Below are positions 1 to 14,132 of a stretch of DNA of 64,000 bases, in pieces. The DNA comes from the human T2T-CHM13v2.0 reference genome, Homo sapiens. Where the stretch lies: the NCBI RefSeq assembly GCF_009914755.1, contig NC_060936.1; one strand, written 5' to 3'. Below the pieces are notes generated by a model. It had not been told where the DNA came from. It saw nothing but the letters and a program-made list of their open reading frames with translations, and did no database searches. The position numbers were made by a program, and so were the translations under genes. Every line of letters starts with the position of its first letter. Position 1 is the first letter of the stretch.

Positions 1-894
1 TCCCAAATTGCTAAGGTGATTATAAAGGGGCAATATTATTAATAATTTTAGATGTTTAAATTACAGTATGGTTTTTAAGTTCCATGATGTCACAGATACA
101 CTCCAAGCAGAACAGGACATAATTAGAAAAAGACTGAACATAATCAGGTGCTAAAATGTATTGAATTTTTCCTTTGCTCTCAGTTGTCAGGAGGAAATTT
201 TCTGAGAAATTAAAACCAGTATTGCTTCCCTTTAAAAACATAAAAAACATGTAGATCTCCCTGTTCACTGCTAAGGAAAGTAAAAGTGAAGAGTCAAAAC
301 TAATTTCCTTCTACTGCTAAAACCTTAATTCTGAATATGGAAGCCTTAGCTGCTAGTTTAATTATATAGACATGTATCCCAATACCACATACACTGGCAT
401 TCTAAGGTAAATAATATAAACAGTGAAGGTTAATTATTTTCTTTTTCGTGTTACGAGAAAAACACTTTTAAAATTAATCTCATTTTTGATAAATATTCCC
501 TGGGAACACAGAGTTGTATAGCTCACCAGGCAGCTGAGTAGGCTTTGGCTCGCAACATCATTATATATTAAAAACATTTATCAAAAGCACAGTAATAACC
601 TGACTTCTACAAAATTTAGAAGTCCTTGTGTTTAAGTAATTAGTAAACTTAGTATCTCTTGCCTTCCAAGTCGGTAGTCATTGTCTTGCGGAAGGATTAT
701 CATTTAAATAATCAAAGTATAAACATAAGACAATTTGTTCTTCTCACTGGGTGTGCACAGGTACTAACAATTTCACCATCTTCCCAAACATATACGGTGG
801 GGAAAACAGAGCTTCAGTCCTTCTCTACCTTAGGTGATCTCCTGAGACTATGAGAATGCTCTCCTGTAATTATACCAGCCCCTATTAAACAAGT

Positions 895-1280
895 CACAAA
901 TTCAATTGACAAATTTATTGAACACCTGCTATATATCATTCACTATGCTGGCAGCAAAACCAAACACGGTCCCTTTTCTCCAAAGGCAGGAGACACCCAT
1001 CAATCAAATATGTGCAAACAAATCTAAAATTCAAATTTGATAAGGACTGCAGAGAAGCATTTGGAGCTTTGAGCACATGAACTAATGGGGTGTTCAGAAG
1101 AGTCTTCCCTGAGGAAGAGATGATGAAATATGTTCTTACAAGTTAGCTCAGGAAACAGGGAAAGGAACAACATTTATTCAGAAGAAATGGCATGTGCAAA
1201 AGCATGCGGTAGGAAAGAGGGTATTTAGAACCAAGACAAAAGCCAGTGTGGCTGAAAAGCAAAGGAGTCTCTGTAGGTAG
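895..1280 (-). mobile_element. L2 LINE fragment (3' end)
   Basis: caaatttattgaacacctgctat... resembles the reverse-complemented L2 3' end; degenerate. Confidence 0.6.
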
Positions 1281-1285
1281 TTCAG

Positions 1286-1723
1286 TGTGATGTGCTGACT
1301 TGGATGGGACAAAGTGTACCCATATTAAACATTGTTTCTGTGTGTGTCTGTCAGGGTGTTTCTGGGTGAAGTTAGCATCTGAATTTGTGGGCTCAGTAAG
1401 GTTGATTGCCCTCCATGGTGGGCATCATCAATACACTGAGGGCCTTAACAGAACAAAAGGTGAATGAAGCAAAATTTTGCCCCTCTTTTTTTCCTGCCTC
1501 ATTGCTGGAGCTGAACATCTTATCTCCTCCTGCCCTGGGACTGGGATTTACATCCGTGGCCTTGTTTGCAGGTTTTCGGACTCAGTGAATTACACTGCTG
1601 ACTCCTGGGTTTCCTGCTTTCAGATGGCAGACAGTGGGACTTCTCAGTCTCTATAATTGTGTGAGCCATTTCCCACATGTCAATCTTATTGGTTCTGTTT
1701 CTCTGAACAACCCTCATGAATAT
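1286..1723 (+). mobile_element. MLT2-family (ERVL) solo LTR
   Basis: Starts tgtgatg; contains aaacattgtttctg.gtgtgtctgt.agggtgtttctgg; ends ttggttctgtttctctgaacaaccct...aata. Confidence 0.8.
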
Positions 1724-2619
1724 AACCTCTTCCTCTTCTCCTTTTCTCTTCTTATTCTCTGTTACTCAGTTTATTTCTATTATTCAGTTTATTATTTTCC
1801 TTCTTCCCTAATCTCAGCTTCCCGTTTCTCAATTATTCCAAAGATTTAAAAAAAAGGTAATTAACAAAAATGAAACAAAACAAAACTTGATTGACAATGA
1901 GGAAATGTGCATACAAACAATTAATTTAAACACTCACTGAGTACCTACTATGTGCAAAGTCATTAGGATTAAGAAACATGGTTGCTATCCTTGTACATCT
2001 AGATAATACTGACCAACCTTATAAGGCATTCTTCCCAAATTATGACATCCACATATCCAGGGCATAGGGATGTTCACACAGTCTGTAATTGTTGGTATTC
2101 ACACCCAGAGGGTTACAACCTTTTCCTAGCAAGTATAAACCCCAAGAGTTAATATGGCACATCTTACTGGAGCTTTGATGTAACTAAATTTTTTTTGGGG
2201 GGTGGTGAACTAAAATAAGCATGAATGTATAACAGAACAGAAGATTCCTTTTTTTTTTTTTCGGTACGAAACAAGAGTCTTTATGAAGAACTGCTTCAGG
2301 CAAGAGATCCAGGGAAATTTGTGATTCTTCACTACCATTACTGGCTCTTCCATGGAAAAGCATGAAAAGATCTGCTTGATAGGTTGAGAAGAAAACAAAA
2401 CATGTTATAGGGTGAAAAAGAGTAGTTAGTATATCTGTGAAGTAAACTTATTCCTACTCAATCCACTTCCTGTGGGTAAATAATCTGACCTCCCAGAGAG
2501 CTGCTCAACATACAGCAAATCACTTGTGTAAAAGAAATATTCAATATTTTTACCATGCTTTCTATGTATACAAAATAGGATGGTGAGTGCACATGTATTC
2601 ACAGTTTAAGAAAGGGTTA

Positions 2620-2749
2620 AATACAAAATTAGCTGGGCGTGGTGGCGCACGCCTATAGTTCCAGCTACTTGGGAGGCTGAGGCAGGAGATCATGCCACTG
2701 CACTCCAGCCTGGTGACAGAGTGAGACTCTGTCTCAAAAAAAAAAAAAA
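2620..2749 (+). mobile_element. 5'-truncated Alu (right arm) with internal deletion
   Basis: aaatacaaaattagctgggcgtggtggc...gaggcaggag|atcatgccactgc...polyA; flanked by the direct repeat aaagggttaaa. Confidence 0.9.
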
Positions 2750-2865
2750 GGGTTAAAAACCTTTTTGTTATAACCAGACTTGAAGTTTCCAGTTTCTAGA
2801 TCATTTCAGGTTATATACGCGCACACACACACACACACACGTGTGTGTATACATATATCTATACA

Positions 2866-3112
2866 TTTTTTTTTTAAGAGACAAGGTCTTGCTCTGTTGT
2901 CCAGGCTGGATGGAGTGCAGTGGTTCAATCATAGCTCCCTGCCACCTCCGTCTACTGGGCTCAAGTGATCCTCCCACCTCAGTCTCCCAAGTCACTGGGA
3001 CTACACGCTTGTGTGCCACCACACCTGCATACATATATGTATACACTTGAACTCCTGGGCCTCGGTCTCCCAAAATGCTGGGATTCCTGGTGTGAGCCAC
3101 TGTGCTCGGCCG
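2866..3112 (-). mobile_element. AluJ with internal deletions
   Basis: T-tail then gagacaaggtcttgctctg...gggctcaagtgatcctccc; central linker missing. Confidence 0.9.
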
Positions 3113-4479
3113 ATTATAAATATTGTAGCATGAAAGAATATAAACTGTATATGTGGTAAACATTCTTCTTGGCCAATGCTTAAGTAAAATACCTCTACTG
3201 ATTTTTAAAAAACACAGTATCTCAATATTGAAAAGATAACTGTGTGATTATGGACAAGTTCTTTATAGATTGCAAAATAAAACACAAAGGTACACAGAGG
3301 TATGTTGTAAAATGAAAATAATCAAGATAAGTGGATACTTTTACCAATATATTTCATCCCACTTTTGTTTTTCAGAAAAGGTTACTCATACATTTAAGAT
3401 TTCTCTATAATATCTAACATAGTAATTTAAAAAATCTGTCATCCCATGGGTTTTGAGGTATAGTTATAGTAAACATGTTCTGAGAATACTGTATAATTAA
3501 TATAATGATGTTTTAGACCAGTGTATAAAAGGTTCAAAGGGCTTGGATGGAAACACCCCCCAAACCCACCCCAAGGGGTACTGACAATATTTTATAACAT
3601 TCATAAAATACCTATAATTTCATCTTTTCTAATAGTTGTATATTAAAGAAGGTTATCATTGTTTTAATAAGATTTTATTTATTTAAAGATAATTCCTCAT
3701 CCAAGTCCAGATATTTTGTGACTGGATGATTAGGTAGCTAGGAATAGGCTGACAGTGCTTACCTCCGCATTCTTTCACATTCCCCAAAGCTATTATAGTA
3801 AATTCTTAAATGATTTTTTTTTGTAAACAACTCTTGGCACACCTTGATACACTTATTATCTCTGAGTAATATTTTAATCAGCTCTGTTACTTAGGAGTCC
3901 AGCTGTAAATTATTAGCAAACATCCTGGGTAGAAGTAATCCTGCCTGGCCTGTGCTCACCAAGGGAATTTACCTTCTTACATGCCTCATCATTCAAGACA
4001 CATTCTAAGATGCTTCCACCCCACCACAATTAAAATTAAGCTTTTCCAATATTCAGAGTATGTATGTATATGTGTATGTGTGCATGTATTTTTTAACCTT
4101 TTTTCTATACTTACAGAATCAGCCATACCCTAAATATATGTGTGTATGTAATAAGAGACTGCGAATTTCCAAATATTAATTATCTCCAAGAAAACCTAGC
4201 ACATTGTTCTGAACAACGTAGATGCCCAACCAAATGCTGGAAAAAACTGAGTTACTCAGGTTAATTATTGGCTTATAATATGGAACAGAGCAAATTCAGA
4301 CTGAAGGGTTGGCTGGTGGCAGAGAGAACTGCAGCAGAGGTACCATTGTACTTTTCACTCTCTATCCTGATCAGAACTGGGTGCAAAGATGGAAACCGAA
4401 TAGTATAGTAGAGCATATCCTGGTTCTTTCCTTCATGTAGCAAAGCATCTAGTCAGTGAACATTTATAGAGACTCTGTA

Positions 4480-4670
4480 GCGGAGTAGTTACAAGATCTG
4501 GGGTGAAGTCCGATGCTGAATCCCAATTATATCAATCACTAGCTCTAAGATCTCAGGCAAAATACTGCACTTTACCAAGTTCCAGCTTCTGTATCTATAA
4601 AACCAGCAGAGAAATCATATCAACCACATAAAGGTATTGTGAGGATTAAATACGTCCATCTGTGCATAGC
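4480..4670 (+). mobile_element. MIR fragment
   Basis: tgaatccca...cactagct...ggcaa...tctataaaa...attgtgaggattaaat core. Confidence 0.6.
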
Positions 4671-6169
4671 ATTCCGATGCATGCACATACCCACACACAC
4701 CTGACTAGACCTTAGCTAGCCACAGAATGCCTGCTAAATGCCAGGACCTATGCCAAAAGCTAGCGACACATCATCAAAGGAACCCCATTCCTGCCCTCAT
4801 TAGACAGTGTAACTAATAAGCAGACCTCCACAACTTCAGCACTATGCACATCAGCGCTGTGTGTAAAAAATTTGGCAAACAGACAAAGAGTAGTTCAAAT
4901 ACAGAAAACCACAAGCCCAAGAGAATACTGGGGGTAATTCTAAAATGTACAAACAAAATTGAAAATATAATTGATTGATTATGGTTTTATACATAGGGTT
5001 TCTAATTGCGTTATCTAGCACTAGGATTATCTATATAGAGCTGCAAGGGGGCAATTTCTGAGGGTAAGAATTACATTGTGTGCATGATCCCTGGTGTTTG
5101 CTTTGGGAGATTTGTTGGCTTTGAAGCGCATGCATGGTCTTCCTTCTGTTGCTAGAAAATGATGATCTTCAGTTACCAATACTAGGTTGGCGAGTCTTTC
5201 TAAAGCAGTCAGTTCCCCTTAATTCAAAGAATCCAGTGACAAAGAAAGGGAGCTCTCTCCTGCCCTGGCTGTCACATTTTACCCTGTTCAGGTACCTTCA
5301 GTGTGTTTAAGAGGATAGCAGGGTGGCCCGGCCATGCTTAAATGGAAACGTCATGGGAGCGTCCAGCACCTCTAACTGCCTGTATGTGAGTAAACTGTTT
5401 TCAAGCCATAGATATCACTGTTTAGACAGTCCATGATTGGTGAAGAACAAAACGTCCTCCAAAAGGTGTCAGTGCAAGGTATAAGTCATACCATATTTTT
5501 ATGTTCTATTTTAAGTTGGCAACTCACAATTCTGATTTAGCCATGAGGCAGCATTTAAGCGAAAACCTAAGTTCAAGTAACCCTAACTGAGTATATCAGA
5601 TATGCCAGTAATACTTGGATGTGTATTTTAAACATTTCTAGGGCAAAGGAAAATTAAATTACTACATTATAGTTTAGAATGTAATGTGCCAACATGACTA
5701 ATTTGAATAATAGTCAACCTAATGTTGAAATCAACTTTTCAGTATGGTAAACCCACTTAATGTAAATATGGAAATAAATATTGCATATAAATCCAACAAA
5801 AGTGCTAATAAATTAAAAGATCAACCCAGAAGCATCAAGGTATGCAAGGTACATTAACAATTAGTTTCAGCTCTAGTGCTTATGTGATGTACCTACATTT
5901 GTAGGGTGACAGACATTTCTCAAATGTTTCAAATTTATGCGATTTATATTATGTATGTCTTAGTGTTCGTAGAGCCTACACTGCTAGAGGTGTACAAACA
6001 CTTAAAAAAACCCAAAAAACCATTATTCTCTGTATCCACTGAAAAAATGAAACGCACAAAGAATCTCAGAAAACCATACTAAAGAGAATCTTTTTATTCC
6101 ATTGATTTTGACAGGAGAATTTTTCATTGTCCAATATAATCTTTTCTGATGTAACATCTATTGTTTTCT

Positions 6170-6585
6170 ACTCTTGTCCCTGTGGTTCCAGAAGATAACC
6201 CCCACCCTGCACCTTGTCTCCTAGGGTGAGCATATGGCCCAAGCCTAACCAATCAGGAGATCCACATCTGCCTAAAACAAAAAAGAGATTAGTATTTCAT
6301 GTTGGTCTGTGTCCCAAGTCAGATCAATAAGGCACCAGTTTAAGAACTAAGACTCTGTCCTCTAACTATTATCTATCTTTTTAAGGGGTTCTTTCTGAAG
6401 TGACATGAAGGATAAACAGCTGAAAAATGGGAAAAGAGGTTGGGGAGAAACAAAGTCCTGATGACATCATTTAAGCCCTGGGGAATCAAGATATTCCTAG
6501 ACTTTTTACTTATACAATACAATGACTTTTTGTGTGTGTATGGGGGTTTTTCCTTAAGTTAGCTTTCTGTCTTGCAAAACACAAA
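6170..6585 (+). mobile_element. MLT1-type (ERVL-MaLR) LTR, old
   Basis: cccaagcctaaccaatcag, gtcctgatgacatcatttaagccctgg and a ttaagttagctttctgtcttgcaa 3' end. Confidence 0.6.
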
Positions 6586-7117
6586 GGGTCAAGCCTATTG
6601 CATTTTACATTGCCAAACTTTTTTCTCTAGTATTTTCACTAAATACTGCCTCTATTTTAGATAAGCTAGTCTTACAAAACTAGCTTGCAAAACTTTGCAA
6701 AACTTGCAAAAGCTTGTCTTGCAAAACACAAAGGGTCAAGCCTATTGCATTTTACATTGCCAAACTTTTTTCTCTAGTATTTTCACCAAATACTGCCTCT
6801 ATTTTAAATAAGCTAGTCTTATCACTGTCCTCAAAAATTGAAAGAAAAAATGAAGAATAATTGAAAACAGTGATTCAAGCAAATACTTCTATACTAATGA
6901 TACAATGATCCTAATAATTGCAGAATTATTTACAGTAGATAAATAGCAGATACTTAGTATCTATGTTGTGTCAGAAAAAGGTGAAGTCTATTTTAGATAA
7001 GCTAGTCTTATCACAGTCCTCAAAAATTGGAAGAAAAAAATGAAGGAAGAAGAATTGAAAACAGTGATTCAAGCAAATACTTGTATCCTAATGATCATTG
7101 CAGAATTATTTACAGTA
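6542..7117 (+). repeat. Left arm of long inverted repeat, structure A-A-B-B' (A 6568-6674 and 6715-6821; B 6798-6986; B' 6987-7117)
   Basis: Direct duplications are readable in the sequence; the reverse complement matches 8228-8727. Confidence 0.95.
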
Positions 7118-7550
7118 AATAAAAGTGGAAACAACACAAGTGTCCAACAAATGAATGAATAAACAAAATGTGGTAATCCATGCAATGTAATACTATTCAC
7201 CTATGAAAAGGAACAAAGTTCTGATACATGCTACAATAAGGATGATCCTTGTAAATATTATGCTAACTCAAATAAACCAGACAAAAAGGACAAATATTGT
7301 ATGATTCCACTTACATAAAGTATCTAGAATAGGCAAATTCATAAATCAGAAAACAGACTACAAGTCACCAAAGGCTAGGTAAAGGGGAAATGGGGAGATA
7401 TTGTTTAATGTGTACAGAGTTTCTGTTTGGGGCAATGAAAAAGTTCCAGAAATGGAGAGTGGTGATGATTGCACAACATTGTAAATATACTGAATGACAC
7501 TGAATTGTACGCTCAAGAATGGTAAAATCACAAATGTTATGTGATTATAT
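7030..7550 (+). mobile_element. L1MB-type 3' end fragment
   Basis: aacaaaatgtggta...aaaggacaaatattgtatgattccactta...gtggtgatgattgcacaacattgt. Confidence 0.8.
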
Positions 7551-7573
7551 GTATATATATATATATATATGCG

Positions 7574-7616
<43 letters not shown>
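7546..7616. repeat. Compound (TA)n(GC)(CA)n microsatellite
   Basis: Directly visible. Confidence 0.95.
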
Positions 7617-8227
7617 TTTAACACGATAAAAAATTTTTCAGAAAAGAAAGCCAAAATGGAGAACTGACTAGTAACAAAAGCTTACCAAACCTCATCGCAC
7701 CTCAACACCTATTCTGCCTCCCTCGGAGCACATTATGTGGTAAAATATGCACATCTGCATATGTTTATAAAACTATGAAGCATATGAATATTATACAAAT
7801 ATGGAAAAAAGAATTAAAACAAACATGCTACTGATTTTCATTCTTTTCACTAAAATAATAGTTCTATGTTTCTTGAAGGCTTTTATACTTAAAACTCCAA
7901 AATTACTTGTATTGAATACAGCTTATCAAGATAAACAGTTAAAACGAAATAAAATAAAAAATGTTATGTTAAAATAATTTTCTTTCATTTATCTTTTGAA
8001 TGTTAATAATGTACACTCTTAAAATATGAATGATGTTTTTATAAAATATCCTATACTTTTGGCCTTCCAGAAAGCCCAAAACAGTCTTGAAAACAAAATG
8101 ACTAAAGTTGCTAGCTAAAATGAATACCTTTACTAAATTTAAGCTGAAGAGATACACAGGTTGTTGTCTTTTTTTAATGTCAGGAAGATATGTGGGAAGC
8201 TGAATTAGTCATTTAGCAAGCTAGGAG

Positions 8228-8727
8228 GACTTCACCTTTTTCTGACACAACATAGATACTAAGTATCTACTATTTATCTGCTGTAAATGATTCTGCAATT
8301 ATTAGGATCATTGTATCATTAGTATAGAAGTATTTGCTTCAATCACTGTTTTCAATTCTTCTTCCTTCATTTTTTTTCTTTCAATTTTTGAGGACAGTGA
8401 TAAGACTAGCTTATCTAAAATAGACTTCACCTTTTTCTGACACAACATAGATACTAAGTATCTACTATTTATCTACTATAAATAATTCTGCAATTATTAG
8501 GATCATTGTATCGTTAGTATAGAAGTATTTGCTTGAATCACTGTTTTCAATTATTCTTCATTTTTTTTCTTTCAATTTTTGAGGACAGTGATAAGACTAG
8601 CTTATTTAAAACAGAGGCAGTATTTGGTGAAAATACTAGAGAAAAAAGTTTGGCAATGTAAAATGCAATAGGCTTGACCTTTTGTGTTTTGCATGACAGA
8701 AAGCTAACTTGAGAAAAAGACCCCCCA
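8228..8727 (-). repeat. Right arm of long inverted repeat, structure A-B-B read on the minus strand (B period ~195 bp)
   Basis: gacttcacctttttctgacacaacatagatactaag occurs at 8228 and 8423; 8615-8712 is the reverse complement of unit A. Confidence 0.95.
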
Positions 8728-8917
8728 CCCCGCCAAAATAAAAGAAGTATGAAGAATAAGTTTCTTTGTCTATGTAATACATTGTAAAAAATCTGCCAAA
8801 GACTATCCGTTTAAAATTTTTCTTCAACATTTATTTATATCATCATACACATTAGGGAGCATGACATAAAACATACCAGATGAATAAATAGGTTAAGTGT
8901 CCTATACATACAGATAA

Positions 8918-9221
8918 TTTTTTTTTTTTTTTTTTTTTTTTTGAGGAAGAGTCTCACTCTGCCACCCAGGCTAGAGTGCAAAGGCATGATCATGGATCGC
9001 TCACTCGATCTCCTGAGCTAAATCTATGCTCCCACCTCAGCTTCCTGAGTAGCTGGGACTATGGGGTACACCATCATGCCCGGCTAATTTTGTACTTTTT
9101 TTCTGTAGAGACGGGGTTTCACCATATCGTCAGGCTAGTCTCAAACTCCTAGGCTCAGGGATCCTCCTGCCTCTACCTCCCAAAGTGTTGGGATTACAGG
9201 TGTGAGCCATCAGGCCTGGCC
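8918..9221 (-). mobile_element. AluJ
   Basis: Long T tail and full dimer, diverged. Confidence 0.9.
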
Positions 9222-10502
9222 TTATTATTCACATTTTTAATATCTACCTAAAACTAGTTAGAAAGTAGTAAGATGAACTAAATGTATTTTAATTAAATCT
9301 TTCAATTTCTGCCATTTATCTTTCACCACTAAAATCATTATTTACCAAAAAAGGTAGTCATAGTAACACTTCTCAATGACTTCAGTTATTCAGTTGTGCA
9401 TATATAACAATAATATATTAACATCTTCCACCTGCATACTTTAAAAATATATCAAATAATTAACTTTTTTTCCTTTAAGTAAAGAAATACTTAAAAGCTA
9501 GGAAGCTATGGTTCAGAAACTATATTTTTTAATGGCTAAATCTTTTTCATGTCAATTATTTTAGTTTTTACTACTAAAAGAGCCACTACTAGTAATGCTA
9601 GCCCTCTACATCACTTCTCACCCATTTTGAGATCACTGCCACTTTATTTTCATTTGGTATTTTCCTCTATATCTGTCTATATACTGATGCTTTAAAAGAA
9701 AATAATTTTCAGCAAATCCAATTAATCATTCCCACTCAATATTTACCAGTCTTTCCCCAGTAATACAGAGCTTAATATAAAATAAACAATTTTCCTTCTT
9801 TGTCTAAGTTATCCAAATTAATTTTTTAAATAGCCTTAACCCAATTGTTAGGATATCCTATCTAGATCTTCATGAATATGACAGATAGTAAAATAAAAAT
9901 GAAGCATATGTTCTCATTTGGGCACGAATTTGGTAAGCTTTTATATTTGGTTAAGTACTCATAACACTGAAGCAAAGATTATTGGAAATCTGTTGAAGAG
10001 AACCTTAAATCATGTTTAGAACATTAAAGCAAAGAGAATGAAAATGTCCCTCAAAGCACAATAATTATTCCTCAATTATAGAAAAATATAAATATATAAC
10101 CCTTTGTATTTAAATAATTATAATATCTTATAAAAGGGTGACTAATATTAAGACTTAGAAAGTGATAAATATCTCTTTAGTCCATTTTTAAGAACATCTT
10201 ACATACAAATCTCAGGTTTACAGCCTCAGAAAGATCCAAGGCATGTTATCATATGTGCCTTCAAGAATGCTACCCAGACTTTTATTATAATTTTTAAAAC
10301 TCAGACATATTTATATGGCTCTGACATTTACAAAATGCAAGCACAGATATCAATTGTAAATAAATGAGATATGTGACAGCGTATTGTAAGCTGCTCTTTA
10401 GTATGTGCTGTATCGCCCACTGGTATTTCAACTTCCAGGTCATCATCTCAATAGGTAATAAAATCATCTTTACTGTCTTACAAACCAAATACAGTTCTAA
10501 TC

Positions 10503-10803
10503 TTTTTTATTTTTCTTTTTTCCAGGCAGGGTCTCAGTCTGTCACTCAGGCTGAAGTGCTGTGGCCCAATCATAGCTCAATGAAGCCCTGATCTCCCAGG
10601 CTCAAGAGATCCTCCTACCTCAGCCTCCTGAGTAGCTGAGATTACAGGCATGAGCCACCATGCTAGGCGAGCTTTTTAATTTTTGTAGAGACAGGGTCTC
10701 CCTTTGTTGCCCAGGCTGGTCTTGAACTCCTGGGCTCAAGGGATTCTCCTGCCTCGGCCTCCCAAAGTGTTGGGAAAACGGACGTGAGCCACCTGCATCC
10801 AGC
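10503..10803 (-). mobile_element. AluJ
   Basis: Full dimer with ggctcaag.gatcctcc J-type motifs. Confidence 0.9.
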
Positions 10804-13159
10804 TAGTTCTAACTTTAAATGTGAAAATTTTTAGAGGTTTCATTTATAGAGAAAAATATCCTGATGCTATCTGATTGAGAAAAGCTGGACAATTGATAAA
10901 GCAATCCATCAATGTATCATATAATTTATAGTACCTCCAGAACTAAAGCATTTAGTTTGATCATATATAAATGGAACAGTAATACACTTTGCACTAAGTA
11001 TTTTAAACAGATAAGATTCTTGTCAGCCATATGTCTACAGTTCATGTATCATAATCAAATGGCCTGGTGCTTTTGAGTCCACACCCATTCCTTTTATGAA
11101 ATGATCCACTACATTTTGTACATTTTATAGAACCTGGGAGAATCAACCTCTGCAAGTTTGCTTCTACCTTTGATTCCTGACACCAAAATACTTAAGGAAT
11201 TTAAAATTTTCTAGGTATAGAATAGAGATCAAAAACTAAACTGAAAATTGGTGAGTCATATGAAGTTTCCTGGAAAGAATATAAACATATTAGTCAAAGC
11301 ATACTCTTGAGTTTTTTTCCCCCAAATGTCATTTAAAATATAAAATACTAAATATGTAACAATACAAGTAGTTCAGGATTTCATAATCTATTACAATTAA
11401 TAAAATGTTTAATACTCCAAATTGCGTGTTCATTATATGTGGTCTACATTAGGTTAGAATTTATCTTTTTTAAACAATAACATATCAAATGAGAAAAAAT
11501 ATTTTATTTGCTACTGTTACTGTCAAAACAGCTTTTCAAAACCAAGAAGTTTTTATGCAATGATATAGTAACTTGGCTAAATCTGGTTTATTTCATATTC
11601 AGAAATTTTTATTTTAAGAGGCATTTACAAAAGCTACAGGATATGCTTTAATTAATTTGACAAGTTTATTAAGCTTTACAATGTTCAAAATACTACGCCA
11701 GAGATACACAACATGATTGTTTTTATATCAACACTTATTGAGCTCCTGTGGAAGGAAAGCATTTAAGATAAATGGTACATGCCCATGAAGTACCCAAAAC
11801 ACAAATAATTAAATGAATTAACTTCAAATAAACTGGAACCCAAAACATTAAAGTATAAATTAAATTATCTATATAACTATAAGCTTGGTATGAAGTATTC
11901 ATGTTGCAGGAAACGAATTACATTTCCGATATCAAAGTCCTGATATATATTTAAGAGTTGTTACTTACATTACTTCATCGAAATCTTTCCTATAGCAACA
12001 TTATTTTGAAAAGGGAAAAATGTTTTACTTGAATAATATCTTGTACTTCAATAGTCAAAAAATGCTACACATCCCATACTCTTGAAAAAAACAAAACATC
12101 TTAACTTCAAACAGCACTAATATAAGTTATGCTTTGGCCCAATTGTTGCTTACTGGATTGGGTGAAAAAAATCTTAATCTTACTCATATTAGAGAATTCT
12201 ATAAAGTAAATCCTGTTCCTTCTAATATGCAAATGTACTTACTCAATTTGAGAGCCTGCCAACCCTCCAATCAGGCTCTGATTGCACTTTTTGTGTGAGT
12301 GGTGGAATCAAGAGTGCTTCTTTTAGAACATGAGGAATAAAGAAAATAGAGCTAAAATGCTAGATGCTCTACTGCACAGAGTTAAAACATTAAAATCTTA
12401 AAAAATTAAGGATATTAAATGCGTAACTGGTTAAAAAATAAGCAACATTTTTATTTCAGAAAAGCATTTCAGTTACAAACTTGCCTGTTTCTTGTCTCAA
12501 GATTTTTAAATGGCTTATGAAAGATGTTCAGTTAAACCCAGCAGCTTTATTTCCTCACACTCTCCACTAAAATGACTATAAAGTAATTAAAGTTTGTATG
12601 CAAGGATAAAGAACATCAGACTGGAAGCTTTGGACAGTGGAAAGAGGATAGACAAGTGGTGACTGGCTTAACACAGCAGAACTAAAACCTAATCACAACA
12701 AAGTAAAGCCAGCAAGAAGCAGGATGATTTGTATGACAGACTCTGGAAAGTCTTAAGAATTGGAGGTACCAAATATCTCAGACAGTAGATTATAAAAAGG
12801 ACTGGTTGACAATCCTTGTAACAATCAACAAGATGCCTCCCCCAACTCCACTGCCAAGATCCTTTGCCCTCCCCACACATGGGGAGGAGACAGAGGTGTC
12901 CTGTCCAGAGAAAATGAATGTCCAGGATTGCAGACAGGAGGATGGCAGACATGGTGAAGGCCAGCAGCAAGGAGTGGCAAGAAAATGAAAATTTATGGCA
13001 TTAAAAATTCTGAGGGAGAAAAACAACCCAAGTCTGGGGACTGAATAAAGAGTTTCATGGTCTCAAAACTGTTTACTTCTCATTGAACTTTTCACAGGAA
13101 ACTAGTACAGAGTAAGAATCATGATAAAGATGAAGTCAGCCTAAAAAGAAGACATGGGA

Positions 13160-13625
<466 letters not shown>

Positions 13626-13721
13626 TCATTAGGTTTAACTGTAAAGGAAGAGGCTTTACAGCTCCACTGAAAAGTATGCAGAAAGAATTAGTGAGGGGTA
13701 CACTGAACACTGAGCAAGTTA

Positions 13722-14132
<411 letters not shown>

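Noticed and set aside
6542-8727. Terminal inverted repeats of a DNA transposon, or a CRISPR-like array
   Set aside because: No TSD or transposase; the arms are mosaics of local sequence; there is no repeat-spacer periodicity, and the DNA is eukaryotic.
12689-13026. Overlapping ORFs in non-Alu sequence as a hidden exon
   Set aside because: No recognisable protein similarity or convincing splice-site pair.
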